Positions 1 to 11,706 of a stretch of 20,000 nt of DNA are shown piece after piece. The stretch lies in assembly GCF_000485595.1 (NCBI RefSeq), contig NW_014577086.1, positions 414,161 through 434,160 of the forward strand. Direction: 5' to 3'. The position numbers and the translations under genes are program-made. The notes beneath the pieces were generated by a model, which was not told where the DNA came from, searched no databases, and was given only the letters and a program-made list of their open reading frames with translations. Numbering within the stretch: the first letter of the stretch is position 1; every line of letters starts with the position of its first letter. This stretch comes from Priapulus caudatus. Lineage: Eukaryota.

Positions 1-664
1 GAAAGGTGCACATGCAGTGCCTGTCACGACTATTTCGGCCTCCGTCTCTCCCTCCGTCGTGGCCATTATGTTCGGCTCCGTCACTCATCCACCGCGCGTC
101 ACCAACATTCTGTTTTCTACAGCTAAATATTGTACATCCATAACTTGCTCGATTTCGCCTTAACAGCACGAGTAATGTAATATCCCCTGGCTTGTAAAAA
201 AAATCAGATACACTCGAAATGGTTATTTAGATCCGGAAGGCGGCTAGTTCGTGTAAAGAAGAAGTTTTCTTGCCTGGATTGATTAATTGATGAACCAACA
301 AATTACAGCACCGCGCTTAGCATGCCCAGAACTACAGCCGGCTTCGTACTGCTGCAGCTGTGTGAATATTGGAACACGCGTGTCACAATCGCTGACGAGT
401 CTAATCTATATTTGAGTATAGCTATCTATGCGGCATAATAATCGTCTGCAGACGCTGCTGTAACGCGACAGCACGCACGACTCACGCGGCGATGTCTTCT
501 TCGAGATCCGAACTGTCGTCTGTCACGAAGGGTTTATGTCAGCATGCAATATTACTCCGCAGGCGTAAACACTGAACGGCGACGGTGATGACACAAGTCA
601 ACAACCTAACGCGCCAATACGAACGAGCTTATTAAACGACAGTATATGACCGCCGAAAAGCGCG

Positions 665-1277
665 CGCCACACACACTCCACACGCACAACACGCATGCAC
701 GCACACGCACAACAACACACGACACACAGCACCACACACACACAACACACACACACATATATGCACATCATGCACACACACAATCCGCACACACAACACA
801 CAACACAACACAACACACACACACCACAGCCCACACACACACACAGCACACACACACACACACACACGCACACAACACACCCACCCCACACACACACCAC
901 CACACACACATACTGTTTTTTGCACACCGCGCGACGGCACAGCATGCGGCAGCACACACGCGACCAACGCACACACACACAGCGATCATGCGCACAACAA
1001 CACACGGCGCGCCACCCACACACACGCACAGCGCACACCCCCAGCCACACATATAGCTTGTACACACACCACGCAACCAGCACACCTCCGACACGCCGCA
1101 GCACACACACACGCAGCTAGCGCGCACAACACAGGCACGCGCAACACGACACAGCACACACACACACACACCAGCACAGTCACCACACACATACACACAC
1201 ACACACACAGCACCACAACACACATCGCACACACACACACACACTCACGCACTACATGCACATCACTGGGGACAGCG

Positions 1278-1313
<36 letters not shown>

Positions 1314-1646
1314 GAGCGCACGCACGCACCACACGCACACAGCACAGCCCGGCACGCACGACACACACGGCAAGTGCGGCACGACATCACACGCGCGCGG
1401 CGCACACACACACACACACACACCACACACCACACACACATAGCTTGCACAACACGCCCGCACGCACACTGACACGCACGCGACGCACACACACACGCAG
1501 TTGCGCAGCAACACACGCGCGCGCACACATCCCACACACACCACACACACGATACACACAACACAGCCCACCACACACAGCACACACACACAACACATAG
1601 CACGACGCACACACGCACACACTCACGCACTCACGCACTCACACAA
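665..1646 (+). repeat. Degenerate (CA)n/(CACG)n microsatellite tract, about 1 kb
   Basis: Directly visible CA runs interrupted by cgca and aaca. Source of the His/Thr and Cys/Val ORFs. Confidence 0.97.
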
Positions 1647-1649
1647 CTG

Positions 1650-2480
1650 CGCCGGGGGGATGGGGAGCTCGTAAATATTGACCCACGTTCCGCGTCCAAA
1701 ACAGCGCGAGTAAACGTGACCTTTCCAGCGCGTGTACTCACCTGGGAGACGGGCGCACACCTTTCCATATGTTTGCGAGCCGCGTGCGCGCTCCTGTCGT
1801 CGACCGCACCTGACTCACACCGATGCACCGGAAGCAGACGGATATCTGCTCGCCGGATCAGCGTGTGCTCTCGCCGTCGGTGTCTATGGCAACTACGCTG
1901 CTGCTGCTACTGCTGCTAGACGGCTTGCGACGAAAATCCGTGAAGGTGCGTTCAAACGCGAGGCGAAGAGCAGCATATGGGATGCGACGCACGATTGGCT
2001 GAGCGCACGCACTGCGGGGAGAGTGTCGCGCCTGCTGATGGTTGTTACACACGGGAGAACTGCCTGGTTTGGCCGCTTCCATTCGATGACGGTGCAAAAG
2101 GGGTTTAGGCGAAAGGGGTGCGCAATATCACTCCCTCCCCCTTCCACCGGAATAGGCGCCATCCGTACCCGGGGGAAGATTTTGACCCGCTTACGCCATT
2201 CCTCGGGCTAGCAACGCTCGCCAAGCGTTTCAACATCATGCGAGCAACCTGCATTATTACAAATACATCCCTCCGAACCGCGCACCCCGACGCGGAAATA
2301 ATAGTCTCGTCCACGATGATATCATCCACTTCGCTCGCTCGCTCCCTCTGGCTATCCCCACAGTGTGAAGCCTTGCACGCGAGAGATGACTTACGCGTTT
2401 ACTACACGCCTGTAACTATGCAGATCAATAAGAACGACGTCGCGTATCTTGTTCGGGCGCGGCTCCAGCTGCCACGAGAT
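1650..2480 (-). promoter_or_regulatory. CpG-rich, promoter/first-exon-like segment (tentative)
   Basis: CpG-dense. Minus-strand CCAAT box (gattggctg, 1993..2001), RFX X-box-like gtgtctatggcaac (1880..1893), and minus-strand donor-like sites CAG|GTGAGT (1736..1744) and GC|GTAAGT (2389..2396). No protein homology recognised. Confidence 0.3.
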
Positions 2481-2946
2481 TCTTAACACGGGTCTAACGC
2501 GGTTTTCAAAAATCATTAGCGCATTACAGGTAGCAACAACGAGGTTGACCTCGTGAAAAAAATAACAAACGAACAGCAAAACAGGTCGATGACGAAGAAA
2601 GAAGATACGACAAACGAGAGTTCTGTTAAGTACGTTAACAGAAACTCGGAACAACGAGAGACTATAGAGAAAAGGAAATGCGAGGATGAACTAGTAGCGA
2701 TGAAGCCGCAGACGAGTGACTAAAAAAAGGAAAGGGAAAAAGGAACGAGGCAAAGTAGCGCACTCTAAAAAGCTACAACAAAAACGATGCGAAATGTAGT
2801 GAAACACACCGACGGTGTAGACAAAAACATACTCTTACGGCGGAAAACTTCTAAAATCCTAATAGGATACAAGTAATATACCTAAGGTAAACAAACCAAT
2901 AACTTCCCAAACTACACTGCAATAAAGTACAATATGTGAAGTCTTA

Positions 2947-3045
2947 AGCCCGGCGCACACGTGAGTTATTTCACTCAAGTAAAATGACGCATGAGTCAAA
3001 TTACTCAACGAAAATCCGCCGCACACCTGAGTAAAATGACTCATG
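2947..3045 (+). mobile_element. Orphan terminus of a PIF/Harbinger-like non-autonomous DNA transposon
   Basis: TTA|AGCCCGGCGCACACGTGAG, with the terminal motif repeated about 70 bp inside (gccgcacacctgag) and tgagt(c/a)aaa..actca inverted motifs. No matching opposite TIR seen. Confidence 0.4.
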
Positions 3046-4610
3046 CATATATTTTATATTTTATTTCACCGATGCATATATATATATTTTATGCATCGAC
3101 ATCCGGTAGCTATGAAATGGGTGTAAGAATAATAACAGTATGAAAATAAGCATATGTCCTTATAATAGCATTCAGAATCGAGAATGTTGACAATTTCATA
3201 CAATATAGGCCACGATGTTTTTTAATGTTTTTCTTTTCAACTACAATGCATTTACTTGTCGCGCGGAAACCCTGACCACAGCTTTTATGCACACATGTTT
3301 TGCCTACATGACAAATTCAAATTTAATGTACGTGTGTTTTGCGCAAGTAACAAGTTTGTTGTATGCATATTTTGTGTACGTATCAAACTTGAATCACGAA
3401 TTTTTGGCGTTATCATGGCAAATTCGATGTGAGCATATTTTGAGCAAGTAACAAACTTGATATGCGCATGTTTAGTCTAGGAAAGAAATGATGTGTGTTA
3501 TTGTTTTGATTAAGTAACAGATTTGACACGTGGATGCGTTGTGTATTATGCGTTGCTGTTTTGTATGTTCCGTGAGAGTAATGCGCTCGGCGCTCGCATT
3601 TGGTGCGTAAGTAGCAACTTAGATGATGTATACGTATGATATAATTCTTGCCTGGAATATTCACACTGTATTGTTGAGCTAGTATTCATGCGTGCATCTG
3701 AATCTATAATCTTTTCTGTTGCTCTTGATTTTACTGCGAAACTCCACCTACAATCTGCATGCGTCTAATCCGTTTCCCGCAGCTGTCAATATTGAAACTG
3801 ACAAATGTTCCGGGCAAATGTATAATAGAATACTTGGGAAAATCGTCCACGGATGATTGGGTCCTGTTGAGAATGTCAATATGTACCATGATGCCTCCTA
3901 GCAACGATTTCGAAAATTTATTTGTGTTGACATTAAACACGTAGAACGTTATAAGGTTATATTCTGGAACGTTGCCATAATTTGAATATATGTTATCTAC
4001 GTATATATATGTACTATATATGTATGTCTGTTATTGCCAAATGTGATGGCATAAAATTGCACATAATGGTAAATTGAATTTTATTCAAAGTACGATACTG
4101 TTCAAAGACGACAGCAAATATAGTCAGCTATTTACTTCCCCATAGGAAGATAATATTTTACGAGAAGCAGCTAAGAAATTTGGAGCCTATTGTCTAAAAA
4201 AATTCGTTTTAACCTTAGTCTTAACTTTTTATCGTAAACCAGACCTCTCTACACTGCTTTTGAGAAGTTCATTGTCGTTTCTGTCAACAGTCGGTGAGAA
4301 AAAGGCAATGAAGACTAATAAAAAGACTAATTTTAAGACTAATTTTGTTACTAACACGGCCCCTGACATACATCTAACACTACTATGTTTGTTACAATTT
4401 TCGCTTACCAGCATCCTAACGAGATAAACATATAGACAAAATATAGAGTCCTTATCCCCCGCTATCAATTCTCCCTCTCGAGTTGTGTCTAGCGGGCTTG
4501 AGGAAGGAGAGAGAAGTACACAGCAATGTATATAGTTATTCCTTACAGCCGATTGACGAATACATTTTTGCTCAATACAATTTGGATGATGCGGTAACAT
4601 ACCAGAATGG

Positions 4611-4696
4611 CGTGTGCGTGCGTGCGTGCGCGTGTATGTACGTGCGTGTGTAGGACGGACGGACGGACGGACGGACGGACGGATGGATGGATGGAT
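4611..4696 (+). repeat. Compound microsatellite (GTGC)n-(GGAC)7-(GGAT)4 at the right breakpoint of duplicate copy 1
   Basis: Directly visible. Confidence 0.92.
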
Positions 4697-5339
4697 TTAT
4701 AGGGCGATGAGTAAAGGGGTGGATAGATAGCAGACGTAGACTGTCATATCTTAGATGGATATATCCCACTGGCTATCGTATTTTAAATGGATGTCGTAGG
4801 GTGCAATACCCTAGATGGATATCGTACACTATCGGTAATCGACTGTGTAATTTGAAGATTCACTTGTTAACGCCCACAAGCTCACTCTATGTGACGTGAG
4901 ATGTACGAATGAGGGTGTCATGTGCGCTAGGGCTCCGAGCGCAAACATTTTCAATTAGTCTGCTGGACACAGTGCTGTATTCGAATGCCTTTGACATTCT
5001 CGATTCTCGCCTAAAAATGCACTGTCGTCTGTAATATAACGATGAGTTTTTACGTTAGTGAACGTAATAAAGTGGTAAAACGCAATAACAACTAGGCCGC
5101 GTTTTCATCTCTCGGGGGTTTGTATGACGTTAGCTAACTCTTTTCGTTAAATTATAGTGGCCTCGGGAGTAGGTGACAGATTAATTACTGATAAAATGAG
5201 CAATAGCCCATCATGATCTGCAGAATCGTGACGCTATAGTGACGTAATCTCACCCATGATAAAAATATCGAAGTGACGGTGTTAAAACACGTTATAATTT
5301 ATTCAAATAAAATGCGCAAAATACAACGCCCATATATGC

Positions 5340-5460
5340 AACAGCATATAAAACGGATTTTAATCTTAAATAGAGCAGATCTTGTGCAATATAGAGTGCA
5401 CTCTATAACGCTATAACAATAACCGAAAACATAACTATACGGCTAAACCGTCACCTTTAA
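5340..5460. mobile_element. Possible right end of a second TTAA-type (Kolobok-like) element
   Basis: Ends in ...aaaccgtcacct|ttaa (reverse complement TTAA|AGGTGACGG). The only candidate partner is a degenerate aggtgacag at 5171 without a TTAA. Confidence 0.25.
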
Positions 5461-6385
5461 AATACCAAGAACTCTAATGTCGTGTCGATTTTAAACATAC
5501 GTGCAGTTTCCCTAGGAAAGTGTGTAATAACATGCCGATGTCCTCAAACGGACTCGTGCATGCAAACGCGTCAACTTGATATTCATGGCAGAGTAACTAC
5601 GCAATAGACCGCCAATAAAAGTGGCTTTTGTGGAACAAGAAGCCGATGTGCGGCAAGTGATTTTGTAGCGAGTAGAGTAGTTGTGATTTAGACGGAACTA
5701 GTTTACTCTGAAGTGAATACGGGAAGGGGCTTTTTGGCTTGTAATTTCATAGCAACGGAGCCGTACGTTCTACTCATCAGCAGCAGCGGCAATCGTGGCT
5801 GGGCTTGTAATAATGCGCGTGCAAGAACGGTTGGAAACTAATGTCCGTATGTCTAGTCTCTTTTTTCACTGCGATTCCGAACGGACAGATTTATGTGTTA
5901 GCCTCCCTTCTCACGTGAATTATCGCGTCACTGACCGCGTGTTCGTTTAACTATACGTATATATGTATTGCGTTTAGCGCGTGTGATCAGTACCAGCTAT
6001 ACGCAGCCATTGCGGATCATGTATGGACATCACACGCCTAATCGAGCTTCTTACGCGGCTGCCGTTCTTCAGGTCGATTATGCAGCACTTCAAACATACG
6101 CGCTCATAACAACATCATCATTGACCTGTTTGATCGTGTAACCTCGCACCGTCGCCGCGTATGCCTGTAATTAATTAATAGTCGCCATGCAGCTTTCTAT
6201 TAGGTGCTCGGCAGGAAAACGTTGTTGATATGTAGTTTTCTGTACGCTTGCTAAGCCCGCATTCCTAGAAGGTGAAATTTCGTGAGATCGCAATTGCATG
6301 ACGCACCATGTCCTGCATTTGATGGTGAATCTAGCGGTTAAAAGACACGAATAAACAATTATTTATTAATTAAATCTACTATTAA

Positions 6386-6986
6386 AGGGACAGTAGCCTC
6401 TAGGATTTTACTGCATAAAACTGTACTTACTGTATAACAAATCGTCTATACCCATACGTATTTGTTACCGGATATCTAATTTCATTGTTATAATTAATTA
6501 CACATCAACGCTACGAAATTTGAACGGCGCCATGACACCCGCGACCGTGCTGCCACCCCTAAAAAGTTGCGTATTTGACAATTTATTTTGCATGTTACAG
6601 ACCGAGGGCTAATCACAAAAGTGCAATTATATTTATACCTAAATGCTATTTAACCAAACGATATTCATTTTAGGGCAAATTTATCCATATTATAACTGAA
6701 ACTATATTTCGTTTATAAGATATTACAATCCTTTTGCTTTTAAATGAATAAATAAGAAACACCCTCGGTCTGCATTAGCCCTTGACTGAAAAGTGGTTTT
6801 GCGCAACTAATCAGATCATGCGCTTTGAGTGGTGCCACCGTCGTTGTAATTAAACTGTAGTCGTTAGTTTTAAAACATTTTTTAATAATATTTCTAATGA
6901 TGATTGAACCATGAAACTTTTTATCTAGCGTAATTTTAACCTAAATTAACTGAAAATAACCCTAGAACCTAGAGTAAACTATCCCT
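6386..6986. mobile_element. Non-autonomous TTAA-targeting DNA transposon (Kolobok-type MITE), about 600 bp
   Basis: TTAA at 6382..6385 and 6987..6990. Left TIR agggacagtagcctctagg vs reverse complement of right end agggatagtttactctagg (15/19). Internal inverted repeat cagaccgaggg (6598..6608) / ccctcggtctg (6762..6772). AT-rich, no ORF. Confidence 0.8.
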
Positions 6987-7816
6987 TTAAATACTCAAGT
7001 GTGTCGAGTAGATATTGAATAGCCACGCCATCTACTATATTATGGTTTTTATCATGTGCGTACACCTAACTGAGCTGAATTTTACCGACTACAGCCACAG
7101 TATCGTCTTAGATGATTTTACCTGGGTACCTAAACAGTACGCAATTTATATGCATTCATAGAGTACTAACATTTAAATGCTTTCGTAGAGAGGGGCAGTC
7201 TGTGCAGCATGCAAAATACAATGTATTGTAATTGCCAAAATAATTAACCGTATAGGTATATGACATGCAATGCATCGACCTTTTGCAATGCATGCAATGC
7301 ATGCGCCTACTAATTATGAAAAATCGCAACGGATTCGGCTCGCTCAGCTTATATCACACGGAATTTATACAAAACGTTACGAGGATTGTTTTCCGACGAC
7401 TCAAATAGCGTCAGCCGACCAGTCGGATATTAGTGACTGATCATTAGTGACGTCACTCTGTCGTTAATCATCAGTACAATCGTGTAACTAAGACGAGCGC
7501 GCCGGATGCAACGGCTTCTCTGAAACGCCACCACACGTCCAGTATTCCCCAGCGAATGCCCTCGAGTGACTAACGATACACGCGGGGTGCTCTGTGCGTA
7601 CCCGGCAGCTCTGAATGCTACAAGCGTGCACAACTAAATGCACGTCAATCGTCGCCTAGTACCGGATAAATAGCTAGCCGCCATATGCGCTTAGATGCTA
7701 TATAGCAGGTTAGCAAACGGCGAAATGATGTATATTTAGCTCGAGTATAGACATGTAAAATAAAGACACTTACTAACATCCTGCTAAATTAATTTGAACC
7801 TCGTACACCTACTCAC

Positions 7817-7860
7817 CGTCATGTCGCGGAGTAATTAGACATTCGAAAAACGAAACAAGC
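7817..7860 (-). other. Candidate 44-nt exon on the minus strand
   Basis: Minus strand reads gtgttttgtctttAG|gcttg...gacATGACG|GTGAGT: pyrimidine-rich acceptor and consensus donor. Motif evidence only. Confidence 0.3.
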
Positions 7861-9031
7861 CTAAAGACAAAACACCGTTAGAGAAGTTAGGTTGGCAACA
7901 GTTACCTTCTCTTATTTGCAGTATTTATTAATTGAACGCATGTCAACGCCAGCTTGAGGAAATAGAAGGCGGTAGCCATATTGAAAACGATTCCCTTGCT
8001 CTGACAATACCGCCTGTTTAACAAGGTAGCTGTACGTGTGTGAATCCAATTAGACGATTGTACACGCTCAGGCAGATGAGCCTGATAGCTTCCACCTTGA
8101 AAACAGGTATTCGCCTCCTCTTGTCAGCTTGTTTGCTATTATAGTTATTATTATTGCTATTATGTTTGCTATTTTATATAGATGAACTTTGGTTCAGCAC
8201 TGCAAGTCCGTTGTCCGTGCACGTTTTGTTTTAATAATAAAGCTGTTGTAATCAATACTAACATACGATGACTCGGGAATCTGAAGAAATATATAAATCA
8301 AGATTTGGCCGCGTTTGGGTGGACCAAAAGTAACACAGAACGCTATAACGACAATTCAGCTGCTGTGATACTACTGCTGTATTTTTTTGCCTCTAAAACG
8401 GCAGAAGCACGTTTCCGTTGGCGGTACAACCTGGGATATTTTTTGTGATAGAAGTTGGTAAACGTTGTGCGGTGAGAAAGCGCAGCAAGAATTACAGACG
8501 ATATAGTTTAGCTGCGATAGTTGCAGAACATTCTCTCTAACATGTGCACGCTCATGTTTTCCTTGCATCTATCGATGCTATATGGCTCTGTATATAACTC
8601 GTAGGCTCTACAGCATATGCAGAAACAGGCACATGCAATAAGCCGGAATAAGTGTTAAATAATTGATAGTGGCTGTACCTACACGCATTGCAAAACGAAG
8701 ATCGGCTCCTGAATAGGATTACATAGGCAGACTGATTCCCGATATTAATGCATACACGGCATCAATGCCAGGATTTAGAAAATTACATGTTTACATGTTT
8801 ATGCTACTGTGCACAGTAGTAGCACGTACAGTCACACGCATATATGATCGTGCGCGCGCGCACACGCACTCACGAACACACATACGTGATAGCATGGACG
8901 TAACGTACGCGCGTTGGAAACATACGTGGTTGATCAGTAAACACGCACGAGCGTGTATAATATTAATTATTGATCACTCTATTTTGTGATTTAATAATTA
9001 AACAGTACGCACGTGAAAATGAATTAATTCT

Positions 9032-9445
9032 TCCATCCATCCATCCATCCATCCATCCATCCACCCACCCACCCATCCATTCATCCTACCCATCCATTTA
9101 TCCATCCATCCACCCATCCATCCATCCATCCATCCATCCATCCATCCATCCATCCATCCATGCGCCATACCGCGCGCGGCCATCATCCATCCATGACCTC
9201 CATTCCATCATCCATCTATCCATCCATCCATAACCATCCATGCCATCCATCATCCATCCATCCATCCATCCATCGCATCCATCTATCCAATCCATTCCAT
9301 CCATCAATCCGTCTCACTCGTCCGTCCGTCCGTCCGTCCATCCCATCCATGCCACCATCAATCCATCCATCATCCTCCATCCTATCCATATATCCATTCC
9401 ATCAATCCATCATCCATCATCCCTCCATACCATGCCAACCATCTT
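9032..9445 (+). repeat. Degenerate (CCAT)n microsatellite with a short (GTCC)n patch
   Basis: Directly visible. Source of the IHPS/WMDG ORFs. Confidence 0.96.
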
Positions 9446-9552
9446 CTTCCTTTACACCAAACCAACCACATATTTAATATACATCATACAACTTTTACAT
9501 TTGTTTACATCTTTTCCAACCATAACATAACATACATACATTTGTACACCAT

Positions 9553-9659
9553 TGTGGTGTGTGGTGTGTGTGTTGTGTGTTGTGTGCTGGTGGTGCTGTG
9601 TGTGTGTAATGTGCTGTAGCGTGTGTGCGCTGTCGTGTGTGTGTAGTGTGTGTGTGTGC

Positions 9660-9691
<32 letters not shown>

Positions 9692-9744
9692 GTATGTGTG
9701 TTGTGTGTTAGTGTGTGTGTGGTGGTGTGTGTGTGTGTGTTGTG

Positions 9745-9777
<33 letters not shown>

Positions 9778-9853
9778 TGTGCGCGCAACGCGTGTGTGTG
9801 TGTGTGTGTGCGTTGTGCGTTTGTATGTTTGCGTGTGTGCGTGCGTGCGTGCG
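9553..9853 (+). repeat. Degenerate (TG)n microsatellite
   Basis: Directly visible. Confidence 0.96.
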
Positions 9854-10696
9854 AGGGTGCCTGCGTGAGCGTATGCCTGTCTGGTGCACGTATATATACG
9901 TGCGTGGCTTCCTTCTACAAATACGCACGGGCACATGCACGTATAGGGCATATTTACTCGGAAATCATCCATTAAAATTGGTATCGTGACTTCAATCGGT
10001 AATTCATTATAGTTGCACGTGCACATTATATTAGCATTAATTTTATTAGCAACAGTCATGATGAAATATCCCGGAAAGGTCACATGCAGTGCACTGTCAC
10101 GATATTTCGCCTCGTGCCATTATGTTCGGCTCCGTCACTCATCCACCGCACGTCACCAACATTCTGTTTTCTACAGCTAAATATTGTACATCCATCAATT
10201 GCTCCGATTTTTCGCATTAAACGCACGAGTATATGGTAATATCCCTGGCTTGGTAAAAAAAATCAATACACTCGAAATGTTTATTTAGAGTCACGGAGCG
10301 GCTATTCGTGTAATCGAAGTAATTTTCTTTGCGTGGATTGATTATTGATGAACACAAATTACACCCGCGCTCAGCATGCGCTCAGAACTAAGCGCTTCGT
10401 ACTGCTGCAGCTGTGTGAATATTGGAACAGCGCAGTGTCCACAGATCGCGACAGAGTCTAACTATATTTGAGTAACTATCTATGAGGCAATAATGCGTCT
10501 GCAGACGCGGCTGTACGCGACGCACGCACGACTCACCGGCGATGTCTTCTCTCGACGGTCGAACTGTCGTTCTGTCACCAAAGGTGTTTATGTCACATGC
10601 AATATTACTCGCAGCGTAAACTGAACGCGACGGGATGACAAACAACAACCCGCGACCATACGACGAGCTTATTAAACGACAGTATATGCCGCCGAG

Positions 10697-10912
10697 CGCG
10701 CGCACACACACGCACACGCACACACGCACACGCACGCACACACACACACACACACACACACCACACACACACACACACACACCACACACATATGCACACA
10801 CGACACACACACACACACACACAAAACACACACACACACACAACACACACACATATGCACACATGCACACACACAACACACCACACACCACACATCAGCA
10901 CGTATGCACAAT

Positions 10913-10945
<33 letters not shown>

Positions 10946-10966
10946 ACATGGCACACACACACACAC

Positions 10967-10997
<31 letters not shown>

Positions 10998-11352
10998 ACA
11001 CACTTATATAATATATATATACTTTGCTCACACACACACGCCACGCACCACACCACCACGCACACACGCAATCGCACACACACACTGCGCACACACACAG
11101 CCACACACACGCACACACACAGCAACGCACAATCACACTACTTGCCAACCACGCACGCACGCACATCACACGCACGACGCAACACACACCATTCGCATGG
11201 ACACACACCACGCGGCGCACAACACACACACACACCACATCACATAACACCACGCACACACACACACATACTTGCCAACACACGCACGCACGCACACACA
11301 CGCACGCACGCACGCACACGCACACACGCACATCACACACACGCAAACACAC

Positions 11353-11394
<42 letters not shown>

Positions 11395-11633
11395 CACACA
11401 CACACACACACATACACATGCACACACACACCACACACACTGCACATATATACTTGCCAAGACACGACAGCGCTACACACACACACACACACAACCACAA
11501 ACACCCAACACAACACACACGACACACACATACTTGCACACACACGCACGCACGCACGACTACACGCACGCACGCAACACAACACGCAGTTGCGCGCACC
11601 ACACCCGTGCACAACAGCACACACACACGACAC

Positions 11634-11681
<48 letters not shown>

Positions 11682-11706
11682 CACCCACGATCACGCGCTC
11701 ACACAA
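10697..11706 (+). repeat. Degenerate (CA)n/(CACG)n tract, about 1 kb (counterpart of 665..1646)
   Basis: Directly visible. Recurrent tacttgc anchors. Confidence 0.97.

Larger units (their letters stand above)
1..4651 (+). repeat. Copy 1 of a >=4.65 kb direct duplication (probably extends beyond the window start)
   Basis: Colinear by eye with 10074..14800, from gaaaggt(g)cacatgcagtgc to ...gtgtatgtacgtgcgtgtgt, after which the copies diverge. Differences are mainly single-base indels. Confidence 0.95.

Noticed and set aside
598..1638. His/Thr-rich and Cys/Val-rich ORFs (also 9452..10083, 10388..11986 and 14692..14952)
   Set aside because: Translations of (CA)n/(TG)n tracts that lack stops in several frames. 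They are not metallothionein-like or His-rich proteins, and the frames are not conserved between the duplicate copies.
1732..2486. 159-aa and 122-aa ORFs in the CpG-rich segment
   Set aside because: No recognisable domain, and the reading frames are broken in copy 2 (11742..12478). Sequencing noise means coding potential is not fully excluded.
3731..3944. Overlapping 61-69 aa ORFs
   Set aside because: Short, no recognisable motif, and disrupted in copy 2.
5390..5407. Perfect 18-bp palindrome tatagagtgcactctata
   Set aside because: Real but isolated. Probably part of a decayed transposon end, and no function can be supported.
6060..6180. Possible coding exon bounded by acceptor-like sites
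   Set aside because: All three minus-strand frames hit early stops, and the plus-strand reading gives no recognisable peptide.
8970..9530. IHPS/WMDG repeat ORFs
   Set aside because: Translation of the (CCAT)n microsatellite.
9886..9903. Perfect 18-bp palindrome gcacgtatatatacgtgc
   Set aside because: Expected from self-complementary TA/GC simple repeats at the edge of a microsatellite.
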